IMG/VR virus record: IMGVR_UViG_3300024344_003081
Direction: 5' to 3' (one strand)
DNA: 64,000 bases
From: a virus
Lineage: Duplodnaviria > Caudoviricetes
Every line of letters starts with the position of its first letter. Position 1 is the stretch's first letter. Made by a program: the position numbers and the translations under genes. Of this stretch, positions 30,453-39,936 are shown piece by piece. A model generated the notes under the pieces. The model did no database searches, was not told where the DNA came from, and worked only from the letters and a program-made list of their open reading frames with translations.

Positions 30453-31170
30453 AACAAAAGTTTTTGCAGTTAGAATAGGCGACAAGTATGGACAAGATGT
30501 AGAAAATTACATTGAATCCAAAATTTCAAATGTAACTTGGATTCGTGATGAATTACCAGATGTAAAATTACAATGGAATAAGTTACGAGTTATGAATATG
30601 GACATAGATGAACCTGTTCTTGTGATTGATATAGATATGCTTTTTATGAATGATTATGTTAAAGCAATAGATTATCCAATTAAAAAAGGTGAATTTTTAA
30701 CTGCAAAGTCTTGGTGGAAAGATACTTGGAATGAAAATTATTCTTTATGTGGGGGATTTCAAAAATATTATCCAAAAGATTGTAAATACATTTATGATGA
30801 ATTTATGAGTAATATTGATTATTGGTCACAATATTATATTACACGTAAAATAACAATTGGACCAGTTAATGGAGAGCAATATTTTGTAGAAGATCAAGTA
30901 AAGAATCGACTAAAATTAAAATATCTTCCAGAAACATGGATGTCTAGGATGTGTAATAAAAATGATTTAGAAGAACTTGCTTTAATAAATTCTCAATATC
31001 CAGGAGAATATGTTTATTTAGATGGGTTTCATAATGATATCAAAATAATACATTTTAAAGATTATGAAATAGATTATTCTTTTTCTTCTGGATATAGTTC
31101 CGCATCTCTTTCTGCTTCAACATCAGGTGTTTCTTCTTCACCTTCACCCTCATTAAGAATTTCAGAATAA
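30445..31170 (+). CDS. GT-A-like transferase with Ser-rich tail
   Basis: VRIGDKY, WNKL, DID, GEQ; last 97 nt overlap a minus-strand gene. Confidence 0.65.
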   Translation: MNKTKVFAVRIGDKYGQDVENYIESKISNVTWIRDELPDVKLQWNKLRVMNMDIDEPVLVIDIDMLFMNDYVKAIDYPIKKGEFLTAKSWWKDTWNENYSLCGGFQKYYPKDCKYIYDEFMSNIDYWSQYYITRKITIGPVNGEQYFVEDQVKNRLKLKYLPETWMSRMCNKNDLEELALINSQYPGEYVYLDGFHNDIKIIHFKDYEIDYSFSSGYSSASLSASTSGVSSSPSPSLRISE

Positions 31171-31961
31171 GCCGCAAATAATGAAACTAAATCTTCAGCT
31201 TTTCTAATTCTGGATCTGGCATCTTTATTTTCACTATTTTGTACATTTTCTTTTTCGAAAAGTTGTAATTTCCATTTAAAAATTTGTTCGGAACTTCCAC
31301 CAAGTAATACTTCTATATTTGTAGGAATTTTTTCTGCTGTATCTTCCGGTACATCACCATTAACTATCAAATAATACCAATACATTGCTTCAATAATTGA
31401 ACTAGCTTTTCTGATATTTTGACGATACTCTTTATTTTCACATTCTTGTACTGGAGGGGATTCAAATATTTCAAGTTTTGTTTGAAATAATTCTTCTGTT
31501 GAAGCATTTCTTATTGAGTCCCATGTAATAGGTCTTGTTTCATCAATAGTTTCTATTTTAATATTGCCATTTGCTCTATATTCTAGATACTCTTGAAAAT
31601 CTTTTTCTCTTTGTAAATTATCATTATGCCATGCCTCAGTAAATTTTTCTATTTCTTCAAATGTCTTGAATTTGTGATCATCAGGCATAGAATCTATCAA
31701 TGCTCGACATAATTCTGTTTCAACCATTGTTTCTAATTGTTGTACATCAATCTCGGGATGAGGAACAGTCAAATCTTCACCTTCAGGAATTTCTCTCCAA
31801 CGAACCCATAAGGGATTATCTACATCAGGTGTATTCAATGGATATTTGTAAAATATACCAGTAATTCTACATTGCTTCCAATATGATGTCCATGTTTCAT
31901 AATCTGAAGCGTGATATGCTTCTGCAAGAGTAGTTCTTTTTTGGACACTTTGTTCAGCCAT
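31074..31961 (-). CDS. Hypothetical protein with two internal ~50-aa repeats
   Basis: LF..KL.IFE...V....KE.R..IRKA occurs twice; GGAG RBS upstream. Confidence 0.75.
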   Translation of the reverse strand: MAEQSVQKRTTLAEAYHASDYETWTSYWKQCRITGIFYKYPLNTPDVDNPLWVRWREIPEGEDLTVPHPEIDVQQLETMVETELCRALIDSMPDDHKFKTFEEIEKFTEAWHNDNLQREKDFQEYLEYRANGNIKIETIDETRPITWDSIRNASTEELFQTKLEIFESPPVQECENKEYRQNIRKASSIIEAMYWYYLIVNGDVPEDTAEKIPTNIEVLLGGSSEQIFKWKLQLFEKENVQNSENKDARSRIRKAEDLVSLFAAYSEILNEGEGEEETPDVEAERDAELYPEEKE

Positions 31962-31974
31962 TATATTTTCTCCT

Positions 31975-32928
31975 TTAAGGTGTTCTTTGTCCTGGTGTTA
32001 TAAAATAATATGGTCCGCCATTATCTACTAATGATCCGCTTGGAGTATATGTTCTTGTATAGACTCCTCCAGAAGGCCCACTTAATGAGTTAGTGTAACT
32101 ATTATATATTTTATCGTAAAAAGTTCCTCTATTTGTTCCTGAATTTGTTGTTGATACATTATACAATAAATGTCTTCTATAAAGTACTTGTAAATAAACA
32201 TCATTTACCAATTTATTAGTGGAAGCATTTGTACTTGATTCTAATTGTATTTCAGAATTGGTGCTGTCCCATCTAATATAATTATCAGGAGATGAGGGTT
32301 CAGTTGTATTTGCAGTTTTTAGATATAATTTATAAGTTGCATTTGTTGCACCATAGTATGTGTCAGTAAACCATGTTCCCTTATCGGACCAAGTTCCTCC
32401 TCCTGGATCAGATGTTGCCACTCTATAAGTTCCCACTTCATCACCAGAAAGCATTTGAGTAAGACAATGAGTTGCGAGAGTGTCTAGTAAGTCTGCTTCA
32501 ACTATTGGTCCCATTTTTAAATCTGGAGAAGTCCAATACAATAATCCTGTGGCATTTATATCGGTATCATTGATACTTCCTGGATGATTGTTTGATGTAT
32601 TTTGGTAAAATGTAGATGTTGAATTAGCTAAAGTTGTTTGATCACTACTGAAGTTTGTGTCTGGTTCTGCTCCACTGCTAGGAGAATTATCATCAGGTTC
32701 TGTGTGAGATCCTTGAGCCCGTACCCCATTAATAGCCGTTCCTATAGTTACATCATCAGCACCGTTTGGTTGAGAAAGTCCCACATGTCCTGGAGTGGTA
32801 TTAGTAGAATCTAAAAGGGCCGCATATCTTTTTCTTAGAAAATAGCTAAGAACTTCTAATTCAGAATCAGAAAACATTCTGAGATCGGCATTTCCTGAAT
32901 CCCAGTATAAGTGTCTATATTGTGTCAT
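31975..32928 (-). CDS. Hypothetical Thr/Ser/Asn/Gly-rich protein, probably virion-associated
   Basis: Composition, plus a late-promoter cluster upstream. Confidence 0.7.
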   Translation of the reverse strand: MTQYRHLYWDSGNADLRMFSDSELEVLSYFLRKRYAALLDSTNTTPGHVGLSQPNGADDVTIGTAINGVRAQGSHTEPDDNSPSSGAEPDTNFSSDQTTLANSTSTFYQNTSNNHPGSINDTDINATGLLYWTSPDLKMGPIVEADLLDTLATHCLTQMLSGDEVGTYRVATSDPGGGTWSDKGTWFTDTYYGATNATYKLYLKTANTTEPSSPDNYIRWDSTNSEIQLESSTNASTNKLVNDVYLQVLYRRHLLYNVSTTNSGTNRGTFYDKIYNSYTNSLSGPSGGVYTRTYTPSGSLVDNGGPYYFITPGQRTP

Positions 32929-32938
32929 AAATAGTCCA

Positions 32939-32967
32939 TTGACAAGTGGTTCAAAATAGTGTAAACT
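32939..32967 (+). promoter_or_regulatory. Sigma70-type promoter TTGACA-N17-TAAACT
   Basis: Perfect -35, 17-nt spacer, 4/6 -10; in the intergenic gap 63 nt before ATG 33031. Confidence 0.7.
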
Positions 32968-32998
32968 ATATAATTGTATATCTTGTTTATATTATATG

Positions 32999-33015
32999 TA
33001 TTTATATTTATTTAG
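32999..33015 (-). promoter_or_regulatory. Overlapping T4-type late promoter motifs (CTAAATAAATATAAATA)
   Basis: Contains exact TATAAATA at 32999-33006 on minus, upstream of the 31975-32928 gene. Confidence 0.6.
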
Positions 33016-33030
33016 TCATCAAAAGTGCTT

Positions 33031-35691
33031 ATGAAAATCCTATATATTACTCCTCACCTATCTACAGGTGGTGCCCCACAGTATCTTCTTAAAAAAATAG
33101 AATTCTTACATAGTGACAATGATATTTATGTCATCGAATATAATGATTATGGTATCTATAGAGTTCAAAAAGATAAAATATTAAACATTTTAAATGACCG
33201 ATTAATAACTTTGTCTGAAGACAAAACTGATATACTGAAATATTTAGATGAAATAAAACCCCATATTGTTCACTTTGAGGAGATGCCTGAATTTTTTGTG
33301 GACGATGAAATAGCAGAACAAATTTATCAAAAAGAAAGAAGATATTTAATTTTTGAAACTTCTCATGATTCTTCATTCAATCCTGATGAAAAAAGATTTT
33401 TACCAGATAAATTTTTATTCTGTAGTGATAATCAATTAATAAAATTTAGATCATTAGATGTTCCTGCATGTGTTATAGAATATCCTGTTGATAAAAAAGT
33501 AGAAGAGAAACGAAGAGATGTTGCTTTAAGAGAATTAGGAGTTGATCCTGCCTTGAAGCACGTATTGAATGTTGGATTATGGACATCTAGAAAAAATCAA
33601 GCAGAAATTATTGAATATGCCAAACTTTTACCTGATGTACAATTTCATTTTGTAGGGAATCTTGCAGAAAATTTCAAAGAATATTGGGAACCCCTAACAA
33701 AAGATTTGCCTGATAATTGTATCGTTTGGGGAGAACGAGAAGATGTAGACAGATTTTATTCATGTATGGATTTATTTTTATTTGCTTCAAGGGGGAATGA
33801 ACACGATAAAGAAACGAATCCATTAGTATTAAAAGAAGCATTATCTTGGAAGATACCTGTTTTAGCACATAAACTTGATTCATATCTTGACAAATATAAT
33901 GATAAAGTTACTTGGCTTTCTGATAATGTTGAAATTAATACAATTAAAATATGCAGAATGTTGAATATAAGTGATCGAATTGTAAATTGTTCCATTGATG
34001 AAACTAAAGTAACTTTACACTTCACGAATTTTTATGAATGTTTTCATGAAAAATTATTATGTATCTATGAAATAGATACTGAATTGTTGGCGTATAGATC
34101 CCATATTATATGCAATTCGATGTGGGCTCAACCGCATTGTGGTAAAGATGTTACAAATGGATTTATAGTAAAAATATATGATGCTCCTAAAAATTATTTT
34201 TCGAATATAAATGATGAAAATTTAGTAGATGATCATCATCTTTTATTCGAAAAAACGTTTTCATGGAAAAATGAAGTAGATATTGCAGTTCTTGGTGAAA
34301 GAAAAAAATTTCATGGAATACCAGATGATCCCTCTTCTTGGTATACTCTTTATGAAACGTTAATATTAAAATATTATAATAAATTAAATTTAATAGAAGG
34401 CGATACTGTAATTGATATTGGAGGTCACTATGGATTTTTTACTATGTACGCCTTAAACAAAGGTGCTTCTCAGGTTCATACAATTGAACCCACAAAAACA
34501 ACTTTTGATGTTTTATGTAAAAATTTAAAAGATTATGATAATGTTAAAAAATATAATTTAGCAATTTCTTCTGATAATGAAAGTAGAGAACTTATTGCTA
34601 TTGGTTCTAGTTCATGTAATTCTTTTCATGAAAACTTTAATAATAGTCCAGACAATAAAGAAAATTTAGGAATAAGAAAAAAACAAGTTGTTAATTGTGT
34701 TACACTTGAACAATTTATGAAAAATAATAATATTGATAGAATAGATGCATTGAAATTAGATTGTGAAGGAGCAGAATGGGATATGTTACCAGCAATTAGT
34801 GATGATTTTTTTAAGTATAAGATAAGAAAACTTTCTATGGAAGCACATCCAGATGGTGTGGGTCAAGAAGGAATGAAAAATAGGGCAATTGAATTTATAG
34901 AACGATTAGAGGGTTTAAATTATCATGTCATTGCTGATTCTCAAATAACATCAAATGGAGAATTGGGTAATTTATGGGCATCAAGAAAACCAAAAATAAA
35001 AATAGTTCATATGCTTGTTGATCCTGATGGAGAAAGAGAAAAAGAATCGATAAGACATCTTACAAAATTATCTGAATATTCGAACTGGAAATATGAACAA
35101 ATAATAAATCCCTTATATAAAGATTTTCCACCAAAAGAAACATGTGCTAGACCAGAATCTGTCCAAATGAAGCCAGGAGAATATAAATTAACTCCTGCAC
35201 ATTATGGTAATTATTCTGCTCATAAAGATGCTATAAACAAACATTTAAATGATGAATTTGATGCGATTTTATTTTGTGAATGTGATGCTATTTTTATAAA
35301 ACCGGTTCATGTGGTTTATAGAGAAATTATGGATAGATTAGATGATATAAATCAATATGATTTGTATTATATGTCTTTTGGAAAAAGAATTCCTGATTGG
35401 GAACACGAAGACTATGAATATTTTGGTGTGACGAATAGAATGTCTGAAGCACATTGTTATTTACTGCCCACAGATAAAAAGAGAAAATTATATTTTAGAA
35501 AGAAATTAAAAGACACGAAGTGGGATACATATGATTTATGGTTGAATAACAATATATTTCCAGATAAGAAATGTGGCATAGTTAAATCTCCTATTTCAAT
35601 TCAATGTTCAGGTGAGTCATATCTAGACAAATCTTTTAAAGATGGAACTACTTTATTAACTGATGAAGAACTAACACATGAAACGTTTTAA
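33031..35691 (+). CDS. Multidomain protein: GT-B (GT4-like) + FkbM methyltransferase + C-terminal GT-A-like domain
   Basis: PHLSTGGAPQY, RKNQ, DLFLFAS..E.NPLVLKEA; VIDIGGHYG..KLDCEGAE; ECDA. Confidence 0.85.
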   Translation: MKILYITPHLSTGGAPQYLLKKIEFLHSDNDIYVIEYNDYGIYRVQKDKILNILNDRLITLSEDKTDILKYLDEIKPHIVHFEEMPEFFVDDEIAEQIYQKERRYLIFETSHDSSFNPDEKRFLPDKFLFCSDNQLIKFRSLDVPACVIEYPVDKKVEEKRRDVALRELGVDPALKHVLNVGLWTSRKNQAEIIEYAKLLPDVQFHFVGNLAENFKEYWEPLTKDLPDNCIVWGEREDVDRFYSCMDLFLFASRGNEHDKETNPLVLKEALSWKIPVLAHKLDSYLDKYNDKVTWLSDNVEINTIKICRMLNISDRIVNCSIDETKVTLHFTNFYECFHEKLLCIYEIDTELLAYRSHIICNSMWAQPHCGKDVTNGFIVKIYDAPKNYFSNINDENLVDDHHLLFEKTFSWKNEVDIAVLGERKKFHGIPDDPSSWYTLYETLILKYYNKLNLIEGDTVIDIGGHYGFFTMYALNKGASQVHTIEPTKTTFDVLCKNLKDYDNVKKYNLAISSDNESRELIAIGSSSCNSFHENFNNSPDNKENLGIRKKQVVNCVTLEQFMKNNNIDRIDALKLDCEGAEWDMLPAISDDFFKYKIRKLSMEAHPDGVGQEGMKNRAIEFIERLEGLNYHVIADSQITSNGELGNLWASRKPKIKIVHMLVDPDGEREKESIRHLTKLSEYSNWKYEQIINPLYKDFPPKETCARPESVQMKPGEYKLTPAHYGNYSAHKDAINKHLNDEFDAILFCECDAIFIKPVHVVYREIMDRLDDINQYDLYYMSFGKRIPDWEHEDYEYFGVTNRMSEAHCYLLPTDKKRKLYFRKKLKDTKWDTYDLWLNNNIFPDKKCGIVKSPISIQCSGESYLDKSFKDGTTLLTDEELTHETF

Positions 35692-38600
35692 ATTATCTCT
35701 TGTAACTTCTTGTTACAATGCTGAGTCTTATTTGGAAGAGTTAGCGAATTCTGTTTTTTATCAAAATTATGATCATTGGGAATGGATTCTTGCTGATGAT
35801 TTTTCTGTTGATAATACTCGTACATTAATGGAAGAATTAAAAAGAAAAGATTCTAGAATAAGAATTGTAGAACCCAAACATAAAAAAGAAATTTGGTGGA
35901 ATCCACAACTTCATGCTGTTGGTGAAATAGTATGTCATTTAGATGCTGATGATGCAATTTTACCTGGAACATTTGATAAAATAATACATTATTTTAATTT
36001 ATTTCCAGAAGCAGTTTTACTTCATTTTAATGCAAACAAATATTTTAATACCCTACCCCAAAATACAACTAATCTCTTTGATAATTTTAAAGACAATGTA
36101 TACATGACAAGAGATAACAATTCTTTTTTAGAAGGATTTGAAAAGTTGTGGCCCCAACGAACAAATATTTTTGGATATTTAAGAATATTTAAAAATTTAC
36201 CAGGATTGCATTTTCCAGAACATAAAGATGATGATGCTTGTTTATCAAATGATGGACAATGGCTTTTACATTTAGAAAGATATGGAAAATGGTTAACTAT
36301 TCCTAGAACATCATATCTTGCAAGAGAACACGGTGAATGTGAAAACTTTAGAAACTGGAATCCTCGTGGAGAAGCACAATTAGTAATAAATGAAAAAAGA
36401 GATAGAAATAATTTTATTTTAGAATATCCAAGAAATATTAAATATTTTGATGATATCTATGATTTAGCAGAATCTACTTATTTGAGCAAATTGAATTATG
36501 AAACAGAAAGAAAAAATGTAAGTTTTTTAAATTTTAATTATGGTGAAGAACAACGAACAAAAGTAAAACAATTATTTTTTGATCATGATATAGTTTTTGA
36601 AAAGTATCTAGACAATATTTCTTATTATTTTGTTAAAATAAATTTAGAAGATACATCAGATACAATAAGAACAATTATATCTAAATTACCTGTAGCAAAT
36701 TTTGAATTAAGTTTTTTTTCAGATAATGTGCATTTACATCAAAATAATCGTACACAATCAGACAATATTGAAAATATAAAAGAGACTATTACATCAGATG
36801 GTCGAAGTGTTTTTTGGTATGCACAAGATAATCGAATACAATTTATTTCTGCTGTTCAACAAATAAAAGATGTTTCTGATATTGTTTTATCTACAGGAAA
36901 TGCATATGTTTTAGAAAGAAAAAAAGAAAGAGAAGAAGAAAATAATAATTTAAAAATAATGCAAGTACATATTGGTTGTGGGCTTGATATTCCACCCAAA
37001 GGATATGGGGGATTAGAAGAAGTCATGTATCAATATATGAGAGTAGCAAAGGGTAGAGGACATGAAGTAGAGTTAAAATGGTTAGATGATATAACGCAAA
37101 GTGATTTAGAAAAATATGATGTATTTCATAATCATACTGGTGGATTTTATGATTTATTGAGAGATAGATGTATACCTTATATTTTTACAATGCATGATGC
37201 TTTTGTGAAAATACATGGAAAAGATTCTCATTTTTATATGACTAATAATGAGACTATAAAAAATTCTTTATTCAGTTTAATTCCAACTGAAGATATGATA
37301 GATTTTTTTCTATATCCAGATAAGTTAAGAAGATTGCATCATGGTGTAGATACGAATTTTTATTTTCCTGTAAAAAACAAAAATGATGTACGATTGATTT
37401 GCGTGGGTGGAGGAGATGATAGAAAAGGATTTCATTTAGCAGTTCAGGCGGCAAAAACATTAGGACTTCCTATAACGATTGTTGGACCAGATTCAATACA
37501 TGCAGTATATAATAAAACTTTTTATGATATTGTAGAAGAATGTAAAAATCATATTGATATAACTCTTACAGGTAATGTAGAAAAATATGAATTAAGAAAT
37601 ATATTAAATGAACATCATATAATGATTCATCCAGCATCATTAGAAACAGGGCAACCCTGTCTTGCAGTTCTTGAAGCAATGGCGTGTGGATTACCTGTAG
37701 TTGGAACAATGCAAGATAAAATTTCTTTGAAAGGATTTGAATTATGTACTAGAGAAGTTGATGATATTGTAAATAAGGTTAAACTTGTTTTAAATGACTA
37801 TGATGAATATTCAAAGAAAGCAAGAGAATTTGCTAAAGAAAGAGATTGGGAAAATATTTTTGATGAATTGGAAAAATATTATTATGAAGCAAAAGAATTA
37901 AAATATACTAAGCCATTTGATATGAAAGATAGATTGTTATTTGCGTATCAAAATACAGATGCAGATGGTAAAAATATTTTCGATTTAAATATGCAAAAAA
38001 ATCCTTATTTGGCTGTTAAAGGATCTATTCCTGGAAATTATAAAATTAATTTTATTGATAGAGATACGGGTGGGGTTCATTATTCAAATGATGTTTCTGC
38101 GGGTGGCTGGGTTGCTTGTGGTATTGATTATTATGTTAATTGGAGAGTTGAAGCAATAAATGTTCAAACAGAAGAAATAGAATTTGAATATGAACAAGAT
38201 TTTACAAATAAAAATATTTTTGTTTGGTTTGATTCAGTAGCATTGGGAGATACTTTAGCTTGGGTACCAGTTGTTGAAGCATTTCGCAAGAAACATAAAT
38301 GTAAAATGTATTGTAGTACATTTTGGAACGATTTAGTATCTGAATCATACCCAGAAATAACCTTTATAACCCCTGAATCTGGATTTAATGATTTTGTATC
38401 TTCTTATCGAATAGGTTTTTTTGAAGAAAGTCTTCAATCTCCAGTAGATATGAAAAATGTTTCGTTACAGAAATTATGTGCAGGTATTCTTGGTTTTAAA
38501 GATTTTGAAGAAACAAAATGTGAAATAATAGTTAAAGAAAGAGAGGAAGATCCACAATTAATTCGAAAGCCTTATGTGTGCATTGGTATGCAATCAACTG

Positions 38601-39091
38601 CTCAAGCAAAATATTGGAATTATCCAGGAGGATGGGATGAGGTGGTTGACTTTTTATCCAAAAAGGGATATAATATAGTATGTATAGATAAACACCATTC
38701 TTTTGGACAAGGAGAATATTTTAATAAATCACCAAAAAATGTGATAGGAAGACATGAACGAACTTTAGATCAAACAATTGCTACTTTAAATGGTGCTGAA
38801 TTTTTTATTGGATTGGGTTCTGGTTTATCGTGGTTGGCGTGGTCTTTAAATAAATATGTAGTAATGATATCGGGATTTAGTAATCCTATATCTGAATTCT
38901 CTTCAAAATGTTTTAGAATCCATAATGATACAGTTTGTAATAGTTGTTATAATCGGCATAAATTTGATCCCGGTGATTGGTTGTGGTGTCCAGATCATAA
39001 AAATACTGACAGAATGTTTGAATGCACAAAAAACATTGAACCAGTAAAAGTTTGTGATGCTATTGAAGAAGTAATAAAACTAATAGACTAA
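35678..39091 (+). CDS. Multidomain protein: GT2 + GT4 + Aah/TibC-like O-heptosyltransferase
   Basis: ADDFSVD/LDADD; PPKGYGGLE, E..CLAVLEAMACG; ALGDTLAW, GLGSGLSWLAW, CNSC..WCP..ECT Cys cluster. Confidence 0.85.
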   Translation: MKRFKLSLVTSCYNAESYLEELANSVFYQNYDHWEWILADDFSVDNTRTLMEELKRKDSRIRIVEPKHKKEIWWNPQLHAVGEIVCHLDADDAILPGTFDKIIHYFNLFPEAVLLHFNANKYFNTLPQNTTNLFDNFKDNVYMTRDNNSFLEGFEKLWPQRTNIFGYLRIFKNLPGLHFPEHKDDDACLSNDGQWLLHLERYGKWLTIPRTSYLAREHGECENFRNWNPRGEAQLVINEKRDRNNFILEYPRNIKYFDDIYDLAESTYLSKLNYETERKNVSFLNFNYGEEQRTKVKQLFFDHDIVFEKYLDNISYYFVKINLEDTSDTIRTIISKLPVANFELSFFSDNVHLHQNNRTQSDNIENIKETITSDGRSVFWYAQDNRIQFISAVQQIKDVSDIVLSTGNAYVLERKKEREEENNNLKIMQVHIGCGLDIPPKGYGGLEEVMYQYMRVAKGRGHEVELKWLDDITQSDLEKYDVFHNHTGGFYDLLRDRCIPYIFTMHDAFVKIHGKDSHFYMTNNETIKNSLFSLIPTEDMIDFFLYPDKLRRLHHGVDTNFYFPVKNKNDVRLICVGGGDDRKGFHLAVQAAKTLGLPITIVGPDSIHAVYNKTFYDIVEECKNHIDITLTGNVEKYELRNILNEHHIMIHPASLETGQPCLAVLEAMACGLPVVGTMQDKISLKGFELCTREVDDIVNKVKLVLNDYDEYSKKAREFAKERDWENIFDELEKYYYEAKELKYTKPFDMKDRLLFAYQNTDADGKNIFDLNMQKNPYLAVKGSIPGNYKINFIDRDTGGVHYSNDVSAGGWVACGIDYYVNWRVEAINVQTEEIEFEYEQDFTNKNIFVWFDSVALGDTLAWVPVVEAFRKKHKCKMYCSTFWNDLVSESYPEITFITPESGFNDFVSSYRIGFFEESLQSPVDMKNVSLQKLCAGILGFKDFEETKCEIIVKEREEDPQLIRKPYVCIGMQSTAQAKYWNYPGGWDEVVDFLSKKGYNIVCIDKHHSFGQGEYFNKSPKNVIGRHERTLDQTIATLNGAEFFIGLGSGLSWLAWSLNKYVVMISGFSNPISEFSSKCFRIHNDTVCNSCYNRHKFDPGDWLWCPDHKNTDRMFECTKNIEPVKVCDAIEEVIKLID

Positions 39092-39093
39092 AA

Positions 39094-39318
39094 ATGATTA
39101 AAACAATAAAGCCTCAAGATTTTGCAATTATTATAGAAGATATTGTTGCTAATAAAAAAATGACTTATTTAGATGCAATATCTCATTACTGTGAAGAAAC
39201 AAAAATGGAACCAGAAACAGTTGGAAAACTTGTTCAAGGAAATTTAAAAGCCAAGCTAAGAGAAGAAGTTACGGCCTTGCATTTTCTCCCAAAAACTGCT
39301 ACAATACCAGGACTATGA
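39094..39318 (+). CDS. gp33: Late transcription coactivator
   Basis: F..IIE.IV....TYLDAI.HYCE......V.KL....LK.KL..E..LHFL; gp33-59-32 synteny. Confidence 0.85.
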   Translation: MIKTIKPQDFAIIIEDIVANKKMTYLDAISHYCEETKMEPETVGKLVQGNLKAKLREEVTALHFLPKTATIPGL

Positions 39319-39935
39319 TAAAAATGGATCCGTTTGATTGTTATAAAGAATACGTTTCAATCAAGACTCATTTTCATGCTAATAAGTATGATTACTTTAA
39401 GCATAAAAAAAGAAAAATCTCATTGAATGCTTTTAAAAAACGTAATGATCAATTCTTTTTTGTAAGATTGTCAAAAAGTTATAAAGATGATGAGATATCG
39501 AAATTCTTTGTTGCTAACTTTATTGAGAATGAAAACTTGTGGATAGGTGATGCACTTGATTCACAAGCAGAAATGAAATATAAAGAATGGCAAAAAAGAA
39601 TACAAAGCATGAGTTATATTTTTAGCAATGATATTGAAAAATTGTTGAACAAAGAAGATTTTGAAAATTGGTTCAAAGTTGAAAAGGGTCAACATCCTTT
39701 ATTGCTGAAACAAACGATTGCTAAATATATTTGTATGGAAACTTTTTCCATACTTAATATGATACTTAACTTTGTTCCTGATTGGGATCAAAAGATAAAA
39801 GAAACTTTTGTCTGGCCTCAGTTTAGAGATAAAGTTTTAAAATACACTCCATTTTTGGAGGTGGATAAGACGAAATTTCGTAAAATACTACGAGATACAA
39901 TTAATACAACGAATATAACGAATATGAAAGGTTAA
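39315..39935 (+). CDS. gp59: Helicase loader
   Basis: FDCYK.Y..IK.HF...YDY..F..R.D; synteny with gp32. Confidence 0.9.
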   Translation: MIKMDPFDCYKEYVSIKTHFHANKYDYFKHKKRKISLNAFKKRNDQFFFVRLSKSYKDDEISKFFVANFIENENLWIGDALDSQAEMKYKEWQKRIQSMSYIFSNDIEKLLNKEDFENWFKVEKGQHPLLLKQTIAKYICMETFSILNMILNFVPDWDQKIKETFVWPQFRDKVLKYTPFLEVDKTKFRKILRDTINTTNITNMKG

Positions 39936-39936
39936 C

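Noticed and set aside
32927-32933. ATAAATA on plus as late promoter for the giant GT
   Set aside because: It overlaps the start codon of the opposite gene, such 7-mers are frequent by chance at this AT content, and a better sigma70 promoter is adjacent.
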